From: Cyanophora paradoxa CCMP329
Lineage: Eukaryota; Plantae; Glaucophyta
DNA: 64,000 nt
NCBI GenBank assembly: GCA_004431415.1
Contig: QPMI01000483.1
Coordinates: 328,556-392,555 of the forward strand
Direction: 5' to 3'
The translations under genes and the position numbers were made by a program. The notes beneath the pieces are model-generated. The model had not been told where the DNA came from and ran no database searches. It saw nothing but the letters and a program-made list of their open reading frames with translations. The stretch's first letter is position 1. Every line of letters begins with the position of its first letter. Positions 13,153 through 25,395 of the stretch are shown here, piece after piece.

Positions 13153-13451
13153 TATGCATGCATGCGCATGTCAATGGCCGGCGCGCGCGCGATAGCGAAG
13201 CGGGGACTCCGGGGTCCCGGGAAGGTTCAATCACGGTTGACGTGCCCCCCATATGGCTGCAGCTGCGGCTCGGTCGCGGCTGCGGCTGCACTGGAGCGAG
13301 CCGGCGCCGCTGCAGTCCCCGCCCGCCCCATTCGGTTCCCGAGCCGTCGGACCTTAGATACCTAGGGCCTCTTTCGCAACACCCAGCCCCCGCACCGTCC
13401 CGCGTCGACTCCTCGCAGAGGACGAAGTAGCCCTGTTTCTCTTGAAAATCG

Positions 13452-13905
13452 CTACACCTGTAAGAAGCTCCTGACGGCGGCGGTCACGTCGCCCTTGTGT
13501 TCTCTTATTGCTTGCTCCGCCTCCTGCTTCGTAATCTCCAGCTCGCGCTCCATGAACTCAATGTCATCCTTCTTCACCACCACCGCCGCCAACTCCCGCT
13601 CCCTGCCGGCGATCACACAGCGCCCTGCACGAGGCGAGGCGAGGCGCGCGGCGCGCTGCACCTCGCCTGTGCCTCCAGGTCTTCCGCCGCCGTGATGGAG
13701 CTCATCGCCTGCGGGCGGCGAGCGCGTGGGCGCTGTGCGGCGCGCCAGCGGGTTCGCATGACCCCGCCGAACGCACCTTCCGGACTTTCGCCACATCGAG
13801 CTCCTTCTCCTCGGTGAAATCTGTAACTCGCTCCATGTCGCGCGAGCCCTGCGCCTCCGACTTGGAGCGCTGCTCGGGGGTCTCCTGCTCCTCATCGTCC
13901 GCCAT
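13452..13905 (-). CDS. HYPK: Huntingtin-interacting protein K (NatA-associated), 3 exons
   Basis: DMERVTDFTEEKELD...AMSSI...RERELAAVVVKKDDIEFMERELEITKQEAEQAIREHKGDVTAAVRSFL (C-terminal UBA-like domain). Confidence 0.92.
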
Positions 13906-14253
13906 CTTTGCGCTGCGCTGGCTAGCTAGCTCCCAGCGGGTTGCCTGCGGGCTGGATGTACCCTGCTATGGGTGTTTTGTTTTATCCGCTCAATCGGGTC
14001 ACGTGTAGATCACCAAAGAAAAACTGGAAACGATAAGGATAAGCAGCTGGATAGGCTCCGGCCGGATTACGGGTAGCTAGGCCTGTGCGGCCGGCTCCGA
14101 CTCGAGCTCGGACGACCGTACGACGGAGTGCGAAGAGCAGCAGGCGCCGGCCTAGGCTGCGAGCAACGGCCGCGGCCGCGCGGCGCGTTCGGGCTCAGCA
14201 GCCTCGTCCGCGTGCCGTGATCCCCTCTGGAGCGCTGATCGTTCGACCGCGCG

Positions 14254-17200
14254 ATGTACAACGTCGAGCCACCCGGAGCCGGCGACCAGCCTCAAGTGGT
14301 CGTCGTCTCCAGCAATGGATATACTCCTCAGCACAGCCCCGACCCGTATGCGGGCTCGCCAGCCGCCGCCAATCTTGCATCCAGCTCCCGCATCCCGGCA
14401 GCGGGGAATAGCCTATCGTCGGCTCGCATGTCTTCGCCGCAGCTCGCGTATTCAGCTGCCAGCGGCACGAACTGGCAGACGAACGGAGCGATCCCGCCTG
14501 TCCAGTTTGCCGGCACCGAGGGTCCGTTGCTGGTCCAGCCGCAACTCCCGGTCCCCACACGAACGACGAGCGCCATAACGCAGAATTACTCCGTGAGCGC
14601 GCCGCCCCCAACCGCGCCTGATGCAGCTTCGGCCCGCCCCGCGCGGCGCCGGCAACGCCGGCCGTTAGGACCTCCGCCAGCTAACGAGCTGCCGCAGGTC
14701 ATGCCGCCGGCGCCAGCTCCTCTCTCATCTTCAATGAAAGCGCCGCAGAAGCACACTGGCGCCCCTGCGATGCAGGTGCGCCGTTTTCGGAAGTCGGAGG
14801 TCGCCACCCGCCGAACACGCCGGTTAGGCCTCGGGCGTGCCGCGCGTCGGATCGAAGCGGGACTACTCGAGCGCACCTCTGCCCGATCCGCGGCCGAGCT
14901 GTCCCATCCAGTACACGGACGCGTGAGCCGTACCGCGCCTCCCGTCGTATTCTGGCGCTGCGACCTGACGCCGGGGCGCGCGCGCAGCTACCTGGGGCAC
15001 AGCCGTGCGGAGGACGTCGGGACCGTGAACTCGCTCCTCGAGGCGCTCAGCCTGCACGGCCTGCGCGTGCGCGGCGCCCCCCGGCGCGGGCCGCCCCGGG
15101 CGTGCGCGAGGCGGGCGGGGCGGCGCAGTGCTCGTACGACCGGGAGCCCGTCGGGATGGACGGCTCCTTCGTGAACTTCGTCCAGTGCGCTCCCCGCCCT
15201 TGGCCCGTCCCTCCGCTCGCGGGGCGAGGCGGCGCGCAGCAAGCAGCACGTGGCGGCAGCGATCGAGGGCGCCGACTGCTTCGTGTGCGTCTGCACGCCG
15301 GGCTTCTTCCGCTCGCCGGCGTGCATCTCGGAGCTGGAGCACGCGCACTGGCTCGGGAAGCACGTCCTGGCGGTGCAGGTCGGGGGCACGACGGCGGAGG
15401 CGGCGGCGGCCTCGGCGGGGGTCGACGCCGGCCGCGTCGCCAAGGCCCTCGGGATCCTCGCCAACGAGGAGGTCGTCCACATGCGCGGCCTCGCCGGTGC
15501 GCGCCCCGCGCCCCGCGCCCTCGCCCTCGAGCTCGGGCTCGGCCGCCCCCGCCGGCGCTCGGCCCCTCACCCGGGGCGCGCAGGCCACGAGTTCGAGCAG
15601 GCAGTGCAGCAGCTCGCGCACGCCATCCGCCCCACTGGCAAGTCCGTCGTCGAGCCCGACGCCAACACGCCCATCAAGCAGCTCGACGTCATGGTCTCGT
15701 GCGCGCTTTTCGCCCCGCTCCCCCGCGCACGCCGCCTCTCCCCCCATTCGCGCGGCAGGTACCGGCGGAAGCAGACGGAGGAGATGAAGGTGGTGTGCAA
15801 GCTGCTGGAGGAGCGCGGCCTCTCCTACTGGGTCGACGTCAACGCCGAGAACGGCATCCTCAAGGGCGTCCAGTGGTGCGCCCGCGCCCGCGCCCCGCCC
15901 CGCGCCGCGCCCCGCGGCTGCACCCGGTCCTGACCGCGCGGGCTCGCAGGGGCAAGGCCATCGCCGGGGCCATTAAGGGCGCCTCCGTGGTGCGCCCGAA
16001 CTCCTCCCCCCATCGCTTTCGCCCGCTCTGCCGCACTTGCTTCACGCTCACGTCGGCTCCCTTCGCAGTTCCTGGTCCTCCTGTCGCGCGGTCCGCGCCG
16101 AGGTGCCGCGAAGGGGGCCCCGGGCGCACCCTCACGCCGGCCGGGGCCCCGCAGACTGGCTGCAGAGCACGTACTGCATCGACGAGTTCGAGTACGCGAT
16201 GGCGCAGCGCAAGCGCGTCGTCGTCGTCGAGCTGGAGCCCATCCCGTGCGCCCCGCGCCGCGCCTCCCCGGACGTCCCCCGCTCAGGCCCCCGCAGGGAG
16301 ATGGACCCCGAGCCGCCGGCGGACGCCACCCCTCAGCAGGCCACGGTGACCGCTGTCGCTGCGCGGCTGCCGCGCTCTGCAGCTCTGCTGACCCCGCGCC
16401 TCGAACCCCCGCCCCCGCATCGTCCCCCGGACAGTTCTACCGGTGCGTGAGGCGGGGCGGTCGCGGTGCACGTGCACGCCCGCGCGCCGGGCCGACGGGG
16501 CGGGGCCGCGCGCAGGCGGCAGAAGATGTGCCTGGACGATATCAACAGCTGGCAGAAGATCATGTTCCCGCAGCTGATGGGCCAAACGGAGGCGACGCTG
16601 GAGGCGGCCAGGGGGAGCCCGGCCTTCATGCAGGCGGCCGGCGAGATGGAGGAAGCCCTCAAGTTCGACGCCGAGACCGCCCGCCTCCACACCCAGCTCA
16701 CGCTCCGCGCCGACAAGTACAAGGAGTCCGCCCGCCCCGCCCCGGCCCGCGCCCGCGCGCCCGCCCCGCGGGGCGCCGCTGACGGCCGCGCGCAGGGCCC
16801 TGGGCTTCGACGTGCAGCAGCGCTGGCTCAACGCCGACGCTGTCGACCTCAAGAAGGTCCCGCGGCCGCCGCCGGCGCGAACGCAAAGGGCGCAGGCCTC
16901 GCGCTCACTCTCTCCCCCCGCGATCCGCGCAGGTGCCCGCGGAGAACCGGGACAAGGCCGAGGGCTTCCTCCTCAGCGGCTTCGCGCTGGAGGAGGCGGC
17001 GACGTGGCTGAAGCGGGAGGGGCACGACCTGGAGGACCGCTCCGTGCTCGCCCGCCTGGGGCGCTTCTTCGCCGCCATCTTCCTCTGCGGCATCTTCCGC
17101 AGCGTGCGCCCCCCCTCCCCCCTCGTCCAGCGCCGGCCTCGCCCCGCAAAGTCCCACGCGCGGGTTCCCGGGCCGAGCAGGTGGGGGCCAGCGGGCCGCA

Positions 17201-20200
17201 GAAGGCCAAGTCGACGGGCCACATGAAGCCGACGCCGGAGCACATCATCCTCGTGAAGCACAGCGTGCGGACCGCGCAGCGGGAGCGCCGCGCGAAGGCC
17301 ACCATCGCGACCATCGTCGCCCTCCGTGCGCCTCGCTCCCGGCGAGGCCGGTTCCCGCGCTCGCGACCCCTCACGGCGCGCGCTCCGCAGTCTTGCTCGC
17401 CGGACTGATCACGGCCATCGTGCTGGCGGTCATCGCTTCGAACCAGAAGACAGAAGCGGAGAAAGCGACGGACGAGGCCAAGAAACAGGAAGCTGTCGCG
17501 AAAGCGCAGCAAGCGGAGGCGGACAGGCAACGGGCGATCGCCCAGGCGCAGCAGGCGGTGGCGGAGGAGCAGCGGCTCCTGGCGGTGCAGCAGCGGCAGG
17601 AGGCGAACGCGAGGGCGACGATCGCGGCGGCGCTGTCGGCCGGCACGGCGGACCCGGAGGCGGCGATGCTCTTCGGCCTGGAGGCGATCTCGCAGGCCGC
17701 CAGCACGGGCTCCGAGGCCCTCGCCCTGGGCGCCCAGAACACCCTCCGCAGCCTCCTCGAGTCCTCCTCGTGCGCCCCGCCCTCCCGCTCTAGCCCCGGC
17801 CGCGGCCGCGCCTTCCGTGGTGCCGACGGCCCCCGCGCAGCGGCGAGTACCTATCGACGGGGCTGGGCGCGAGCGCGGGGCGGCGGACGCTCCTCGCCGA
17901 CTCCACGGGGACGACGTCGATGGCCGAGTTCGTCCAGCTGAACCAGTTCTCCGACGTGCAGGCGCGCCAGCGCTCGCCCCGCCCGCCACATGTGCACCCC
18001 CTCGCCCTCGTTCTGATTCACAGCAGACCTTCACGGCGTTCTCCCCGAGCGGCGCGTACTCGATCATGCTGACCGCCGGCATCGTGAGCCCGAGCACGGA
18101 CGTCTCGACTGGAACCGGCTCTCTCTCCGCCAGCACCCCTGCGGAGGTCTTCCAGGCATGTTGAAGTTCTTTCGTCTCTCCCGGCGCCCTTTGACGTCTC
18201 TGCCTTCGAACCGCAGCTGAAGATCATGGGCCATGTCTTGAACACAGCGAACGAGCTTGTGTATGCTTTCAGGGACACCATCGCTGGGGTGCGCAGACGC
18301 GCTCTTTTGTCTCCTTGCTCCGGATCCCCCATCCGCGCCCGACCGTCTCGGCGCAGCCCGCGAACAAGACGAGCTTCTGGCCTTCGTACATTGGCGCGAC
18401 GCGCGTTCACATTGACGACAATAGCGACGTCTTCATCCACGTCCGGTGCGCTTTCGATTTAAAACAAGGGTCCTCCTGTTTGTTTTCATGCCTCCGCCCA
18501 GGCGCCTAGGCCGCGAAAAGACGCTGTGCCCCGAGAAGTCCCCCGTGTATTACTCGGCGAGCTGCCTTCCGCGCACAACGGGAATCCTGTTCGTCTACTC
18601 GTCGCAGCGTTCCGGCCAGCGGGGTAAGTCAAAGCTGGAGATGCATTTGGCACCAGTTCGGGAGACCTCCATAGCTAGATTTTGACGGCTGTTCCGCGGC
18701 AGGCTGCATGAAGCTCGACGACGGGTCCCGCGTCACGCTCGACGTCTACGATGTCATGGTCGGCTCGGGCTTTGTCGCTGTCGTCGTGGGCGACGACCGC
18801 AACGGCTGGCAGGGTGCGGTAGTTCATGCTCGAGCTCCATTTCAATTTCCTTTCGCATTTCAACCCTCGCTTTTTGCAGGCTGGAACGATCTGGATGGCA
18901 CATACTCTCCTAACATGTATGCTGGCTATGATGATGGGAGAGAAGACGGAGTGCTTGCTGGCGCATCGAAGAGGAAACGCAGCAGCGTTCGAAAGCCAAA
19001 GACAATGCTCCGGCTGTACCGCGGAAAGCAGACCTACGGCGACGCGCCGCCATCTTACCGAGGTAACTGTTCCAAGCGCCCATCGGATTTTACGGCATGC
19101 AATTGCGAGCGCGAACGTGATCATGACGTGCGCAGCCTACATGCCAAACACGCCGGATGCCTGCCACTTCCACTCGGGAACGTGGACCACTGTGGATCTG
19201 AAGGCAGACGACCACTACTCGCGCATCGATTTTTTCGACGGCAGCTCGCCATCGAGAGTGCACTTCGCCGAGGTGCGCGTGCCGTCAATGACGAACTCGC
19301 CCTCTCCGGCCCGCCGCGTTCTGACTTCGGCGTGACGCGCAGTACCCCGACCCCCAGTGCGCCTCTCTTGTGCTGTTGTGATTCAAGTCTTGTTCCAAAA
19401 CGCTTTTTTGATTCGCTCCAGGGCTTTCGCTTTCGCTCGCTCGTCGTGCACGGACTCTACGTCGACGTCGTACTTCGTGATTGCCGCCGTGACCCGCATC
19501 ATCTTCCTGCCCCGCGGCCTGCTGGAATCGACGACTTCGACGGCGGCCGCGATCGAGGCTGCGACGAAGACGATCACCATGGACACCGTGTGCGACGTCA
19601 TTTCCACGATAACGCACGAATGCATCCGTTCCTCGCACCTGGGCAGGATCTTTCAGGTAACCGGACTGCAGCTCTGGCCCGGGGGGGGGGGGGGGGGGGG
19701 GGGAGGGGGGGGGAGGGGGGGAGGGGGGGAGGGGGGGAGGGGGGGAGGGGGGGGGGGAGGGGGGGGAGGGGGCCTGCACGCGCATCTTCCACTACTTACA
19801 ATTTTCGCAGGACAATTTGCGGACGGCCCGTTTTTCGGATGTTGTGCCCGATGATCCGCCGCCTGGGATTTTTCGCAACATCATCACGTACATGATGATG
19901 CAGTTTGCAAGCGTCTCGAGCGTCTCGGTGGCGAGCAGCTGCAAGTACGTCGCCGGAGTCGTTCAGATCGACCGCGTCTTCGAGCCGCACGACCGGCCAA
20001 GCCAGTCCGCGTACTTCCTCTTCGGCGTCCCCATCGCCGACCCCGTCGGCTCCGCCGCGACCGCCAAGCGCACGACGTTCGGGAACCTCGAGAAGGGCTC
20101 CTACTCGTCTCTGACGCCGATGATCCCGTACAAGTGGCTCGACTGGGATGGCAATCAGGTCGACAAGGTCGACGCCCTTGCGTTCGTTCAGCGTTTGAAC

Positions 20201-23200
20201 CCGACCTTCCGCTCCGAGGACCGCAACAACATCTACGCCCGGGACCCCGGTCGGTCTTGTCGGCCGCGGGGGCCGTCGCCGCGGCTTGGGAGTCTCTAAC
20301 ACGGAGCCACCCCCGCAGATCTCATCGTCCTCGATATCGTCAAGATTACGGCTGACGACTTGACGGTGAGCCCGGCGGTGCGGGCAGAGAGCTACTTCCA
20401 TGACGACGCGGCGCCAGGTTGATCCCAAGGACGCCAAGTCCGAGCTGGGGATCGGGGCAGTCGTGCTGCGCAAGGGCGTGGGGGCCCAGACTGAGGAGGG
20501 CATCTGCGTGAGGAATCAGCTCGTCCTCTTCACGCTGGGATCTACGTCCACGCCATACAGCTGGCGGTGTGCTGCTCTGTGCGTTTGATTGTGACGCCGC
20601 TCCCGCTGATCTGCAGAGCGCAGGCGCATCGCGGAGCTGCCCTGCAGCGAGACATTCCACGGGGCGCCAACGGATATGCTCCGGAAGGCTTTCGCTGTGC
20701 GCTGAGTTCGTGTCCTGTGCTCGCAGACCATCCGAACCCCAACCCTAGGCCTGCCGCAGATAAAGCTAATTGGAGCCGGAAGCGGGACGACGTTTGCGGC
20801 CATCGGGCTGCCCCAAGGAAAACTGCAGTTCTACGACATCAGAAACCCCAACGAGCTCTTGACAGCCAGCACGGTCCGCTTAATTTCGAAGTCGCTTCGA
20901 AGGCGCTTCCGCGTCTGTCGCCGATTGTGGGCCCTCGTATGTCGCAGGTTGAAGTTTCTCAGCTTGGTGGCAACATACGCAGCATCGCGCCATCGAATGA
21001 CGGGCAGTATATGATTGTCAGTGATGACAGGGGCTCGTTCGCCCGCGTTCCGTTGCAGGGCGGCAGCTCCGGTTTCCCGGTTCAGAAGCAACTGGTGCGC
21101 CCAATCTCAATCCTGGCGCGCGGATGCTCCAGATGTGACGCACGATCGACCGTCCTCGCAGTGGATATACGACGGTCCCATCAAACCGGCGGCGGAGAGA
21201 GAGTGGATGTTCAACTCGGACATGCTCGACGTCTACCGCTCCTTCGGCGACTACGACACCTTTGGCCCCAGCTCGTGCGCCCCCGCCCGCCCAACGCCCG
21301 TCATCGTTCCGCGGAATCCGAGGTTGATTATAAAACAATTGTGTCGCAGCGGCTTCTTCCTCTCGTCGACGGGCTCGAACGCCGCCTGTCACTTCTTCAT
21401 GGCGGGGCAAATGAAGGCCGTCTACTGGGACATCGAAGCGACCGGTGGACAGGCCTTCTTCGCGGCGATGGGGCTCACCACGCTCGCGAATCGCATGCAC
21501 CTCACCCAAGTGTACAAGGGGCACCACCTGAAGACCTTCCAGCACACCCTGGACAAGACGAAGCGGATCACGAGCTTCACCGAGCTCTGCCCCGAATGCA
21601 ACGACGTGGCCAAGGGCTGGCGGTTCTTCGGCGTCAACCCCGTGACGGGGAGCCTCATCGGGCTGACCGGCTCGGGCGGCTCCTTCTTGGAGGGCGACGG
21701 CAAGGGCTGCAGCTACCCCGCGCAGCTGCGGACGGCGCGCTCGTGGACGTGGCGGACCGACGACGCGGCGCTCCCCTGGAACGCGGCCTCCACCGCCGCG
21801 GCCGGCATCACCGTCTCGGAGCCGTTCGCGCCCTTCGTGAAGACTGTCGCCGAGTTCCGCTGCGACTGGTTCGGCGCGAAGTGCCCGGGCATGCCCCAGG
21901 ACGTCAGGGCGTACCTCAGCGAGAACAAGGGCCCAACCGGCGGCGTTCTGGGCGCGCACGCGATGTACTTCCCGCACCCATCGGAGCACGTGGAGCCGAT
22001 GGCGTTCAGCGCGGACCGGAGCTGGGCCGCGTGCGCCGGCGTCATCTACGCGCTTGACTCTAACGTGCGGAGCGCTGCAGCTGCACGCGGCGCATGCTCG
22101 CGTCGGCGGCGTTCTGACGGCGTCGCATGCGCAGGGCGTGCCGGACGCGACCAAGTCCAAGTCGATCTTCGAGATCCAGCCATCGCTCCGCGAGAAGCTC
22201 CTCCCGGGCGTCGTCACCGTCAACGACGTCCAGCTGCCCTACGTCGCCCTCACCGGTGCCCCCCGATTCCAAAGAGCAGCGCTAGCGCGTCGTGACGGCT
22301 GCTCAGGCGTCGAGCACGCCGCCGCCTTCTCGCCCGACGGCAGCCTCTGCGCCTTCTGCTTCAGCGTGTGCGTGCCAATCCTGCGCATGCGGCGGCCGCT
22401 TTTGCGCAATTCGCGAAGCTTTCACTGCTAACGTGTGACGGCAGGCACGCGATCTCGACGGAGAAGAAGCGCGCGTGGAAGGATTTCTTCATCTACGCGC
22501 CACTCATCGACCCCAAGCAAGTTGGCGACTACGTGCGGCCCGCGTCGGCCCTGGATCCCGCGCTCGATGCTCACGCCCGCTCTCTGGCAGGCCACCGCCG
22601 CGCCTAAGGCGGAGGCCAAGGGCTTCCATACCGTCGTCATCGTCCTCGTCGCGAAGAACTCCGTGCGCCTCCGTCTTTCGACTTGGCGCTCGCATGCGCG
22701 CCCTCGCCTGAGCTGCTGTGCCTATCGCAGGCGGGCGAGTGGGCGACGCTCTCGCACGTCGTGCCAATATGGTGGGGGCGCGACGCGGAGGCGCGGACGT
22801 GCCGCAAGCTCTCGTTCTGGCCGTCGCAGGGCGCCGTCGTGGCCGACCTGAGGTCGATGCTCGGCGTCTTCCCGTACGACGCCGCCAGCGGCGCGCTCCG
22901 GCCGGCCACCGACTCCGTCGGCTTCCCGTTCACCTCCTCCTTCGTGATCCCCGTGCGTCGGCGCTGCCGTCGACCGCCCGGCGCGAGCCGTCGGCACGGA
23001 CGCTCACGCCGTCGCCGCTGCAGGACCTCGTGATTCCCAACCCCGAGGACGACCCGAACGTGGACCCGCCGAAGATGAATCCGGATAGGACGTACCGCGG
23101 CACCCAAGCCGGCTCCCTCCAACGGGACCAGAAAGCCATCCAGGATGGCTACGCCGGTAAATCGGCTGTACATGTCTCTGCATTCCGTGAGGGGCTTGCA

Positions 23201-24407
23201 ATTTGCTGACCTGTCCGGTTTCAACCATCAGTCGACTGGGCGGACGGCAAGTTCAGGTGAGCGGACCCGAGCGGCCGGCGCCGCCGCGTCGGAGCGCGCG
23301 GGGCCTGAGCGGGGGCGGGGCGGGGCAGGGCGGTACGGAACACGCGGGACGGCCCGTCGTACATGGACGCCTCCTTCTACGTCTCGAGCGACGGGCGCAC
23401 GCTCTACCGCATCGACAGCCGCGGCGCGCACGGCTTCCGCTCCCTCGCCTCCGCCCGCGCCGCCATGGGCGGCCAGCCCGCCGACCTCGCCATCCGCACC
23501 CGGCCCTACACGCCGCGCCTCTCCCGCAACGGGCGCTTCGCGGCGGTGTGGACCAAGGCGCTCGCCATCCAGGTGCTGGACCTGGACAAGGGCGAGAACG
23601 CGACGGAGGCGGCCTTCTCGGTGCCCGTGGACGCGCGCTACATCGACCGCGCCTCGGTCCTCCCCGCCGTCCCCATCGTCTCCGACGACGGCCGCTACCT
23701 CGCCATCCGCTACCGCGAGGCCGCCGGCGAGTTCGCGGTCCGCCCATTCCCCTCCCGCTCCGCTCCGCTCCGCCGCGCTCGCCGCCGAGCGCGCGGGGCT
23801 TGGGCAGGTGCGGGTGATGGACATCTCGCGGGAGGAGCTCGTGCGCCGCACGTGCAGCGCCGTCTCGCGCACCTTCGACGACGAGGAGCTCGTCGGCGCC
23901 TTCGGCCGCCTCACCAACTCCACCGTCGGCTCCGGCCAGCGCGCCGTCTGCGCCGCCTTCCCCTCCGGCTCCCGCAAGCGCACGTATAGCGCCCCCGCCC
24001 CGCGGCCGCCGGCGGCCCCGAGGGTGCTCGTCCTCTCGTACGGGGAGCGGGAGCTCTTGGTGGCGGTCATCAACGTCAACAGCGGCGACGAGGTGCCGCT
24101 GGCGGCGAGCGTGACGTGCACGGGCGGCGGCGCGACGCTCCGCGGGGACGCCGTCGTGCGCTACACGGACGCGCAGTACATGTCGCAGCTCGCCGAGGGG
24201 GCCGGCTACCTCTACACCCTCGCCCCCACCGACATCGGCGCCGAGGTCCGCTTCGGGGCCGTCGAGGGCGTCGCCCCCGGCACCTCCTACACGTGCGAGG
24301 CGACCCTCTCCAGCCTCGCCGGCACCTCCCCCGCCGGGCGCGCCACCGGCACCTCCCGCCCCGCCGGCGCCCCCGCGTACAAGCTCCCCGTCGCAAAGAA
24401 CATGTGA
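14254..24407 (+). CDS. Tandem-TIR type II membrane receptor-like protein (TIR-TIR-linker-TM-coiled coil-large beta-rich ectodomain-FN3), many exons
   Basis: TIR1: YLGHSRAED...AAAIEGADCFVCVCTPGFFRSPACISELEHAHWLGKHVLAV. TIR2: DVMVSYRRKQ...LSYWVD...AIAGAIKGASVFLVLLSRDWLQSTYCIDEFEYAMAQRKRVVVV. TM: ATIATIVALLLAGLITAIVLAVIA. C-terminal FN3-like: PPAAPRVL...GVAPGTSYTCEATLSSLAGTSP. Confidence 0.8.
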
Positions 24408-25189
24408 AAGCGGTCGCCGAGTCGCCTTCAGTCTTGCATCAATATTCCCCTTTTCGATTCGCGATTGTATTCTTAAGCTAAGCCAATCGATAATGCTTTC
24501 GCGCCTGCGCCTAGTTAGTGGCCGTGGATAGCTTAGCTGCGCAGCTTGTGTACGTAGTAGATCTAGGCCTTAGCTAGTGTAGTCTGTAGTGTGTTACTTT
24601 CCATAGTTATAGTGCAACGGAGTCTAATTACTGATACGACTATACGCTTCGATTCGTTTTCGATTCGCTGGGCTTGAATAGATGCATAAACCCTCGCTCC
24701 CCGCAGTTCGAGTCAGGCTCTGGTTCGTACAGCGTACAGGTAGCCGCTGAGCTTTCCGAATAGCTAAAGCTAAACCTCAGATGCCCCTAATCCTCAGAAA
24801 TCAATCCTGCTTTCGTCTCGTTCTAGATCTAGATCTGTAAGCCGCTGATCATGATCATGCTTGCATTTTTGCGTACGCGTCACACGGCGTGTATCGCCGA
24901 GTCGTATGCATTTAATTTCTCAACATCTTGATGCATCTTGCAAATTGATCACTGATCGATATCGTGACCGTCGCGATGGGCCCGGGGATGCGGATCCGGA
25001 GGCGGCGTTCATGATCCGATGATCATGATTGACTCAGTTGAGCTCGAGGCTGCCAGGCCGGGCTGCACAGCTTCCACTGCGGAACTCGCGATCGGAACAT
25101 GTCCCCGCGGCCAGGCCCTCCCCCTCAGGGCCTAGCCGCTGAGCTGCCAGCCTGGCAGGCTGCTCCAGGCCTTGAGGCCTATCATAGTA

Positions 25190-25395
25190 TTGGGGAAGGG
25201 TAAAACACTTCCCCTGTCCCTGTCCCTTGGGCCCAACCCTACCCCAAATCCCACTTCCCCGACCTCCGCAAAACCCGGGCCGCGCGGTACACCCTGAAAG
25301 CGCATCCCCAGGGTCCCCCGAAACCATGTCTCCCGGTCCCGTCCGACCGAAGGGTGATCCAGGAACAGGCACCAACACCCGGGACAAAAATGGGT
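25190..25395 (+). repeat. Dispersed ~210-bp repeat, copy 1
   Basis: Aligns with 56690-56924 (ttggggaaggg...gggccgcgcggtacaccctgaaagc...caccaacacccgggacaaaaatgggt). Confidence 0.9.
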
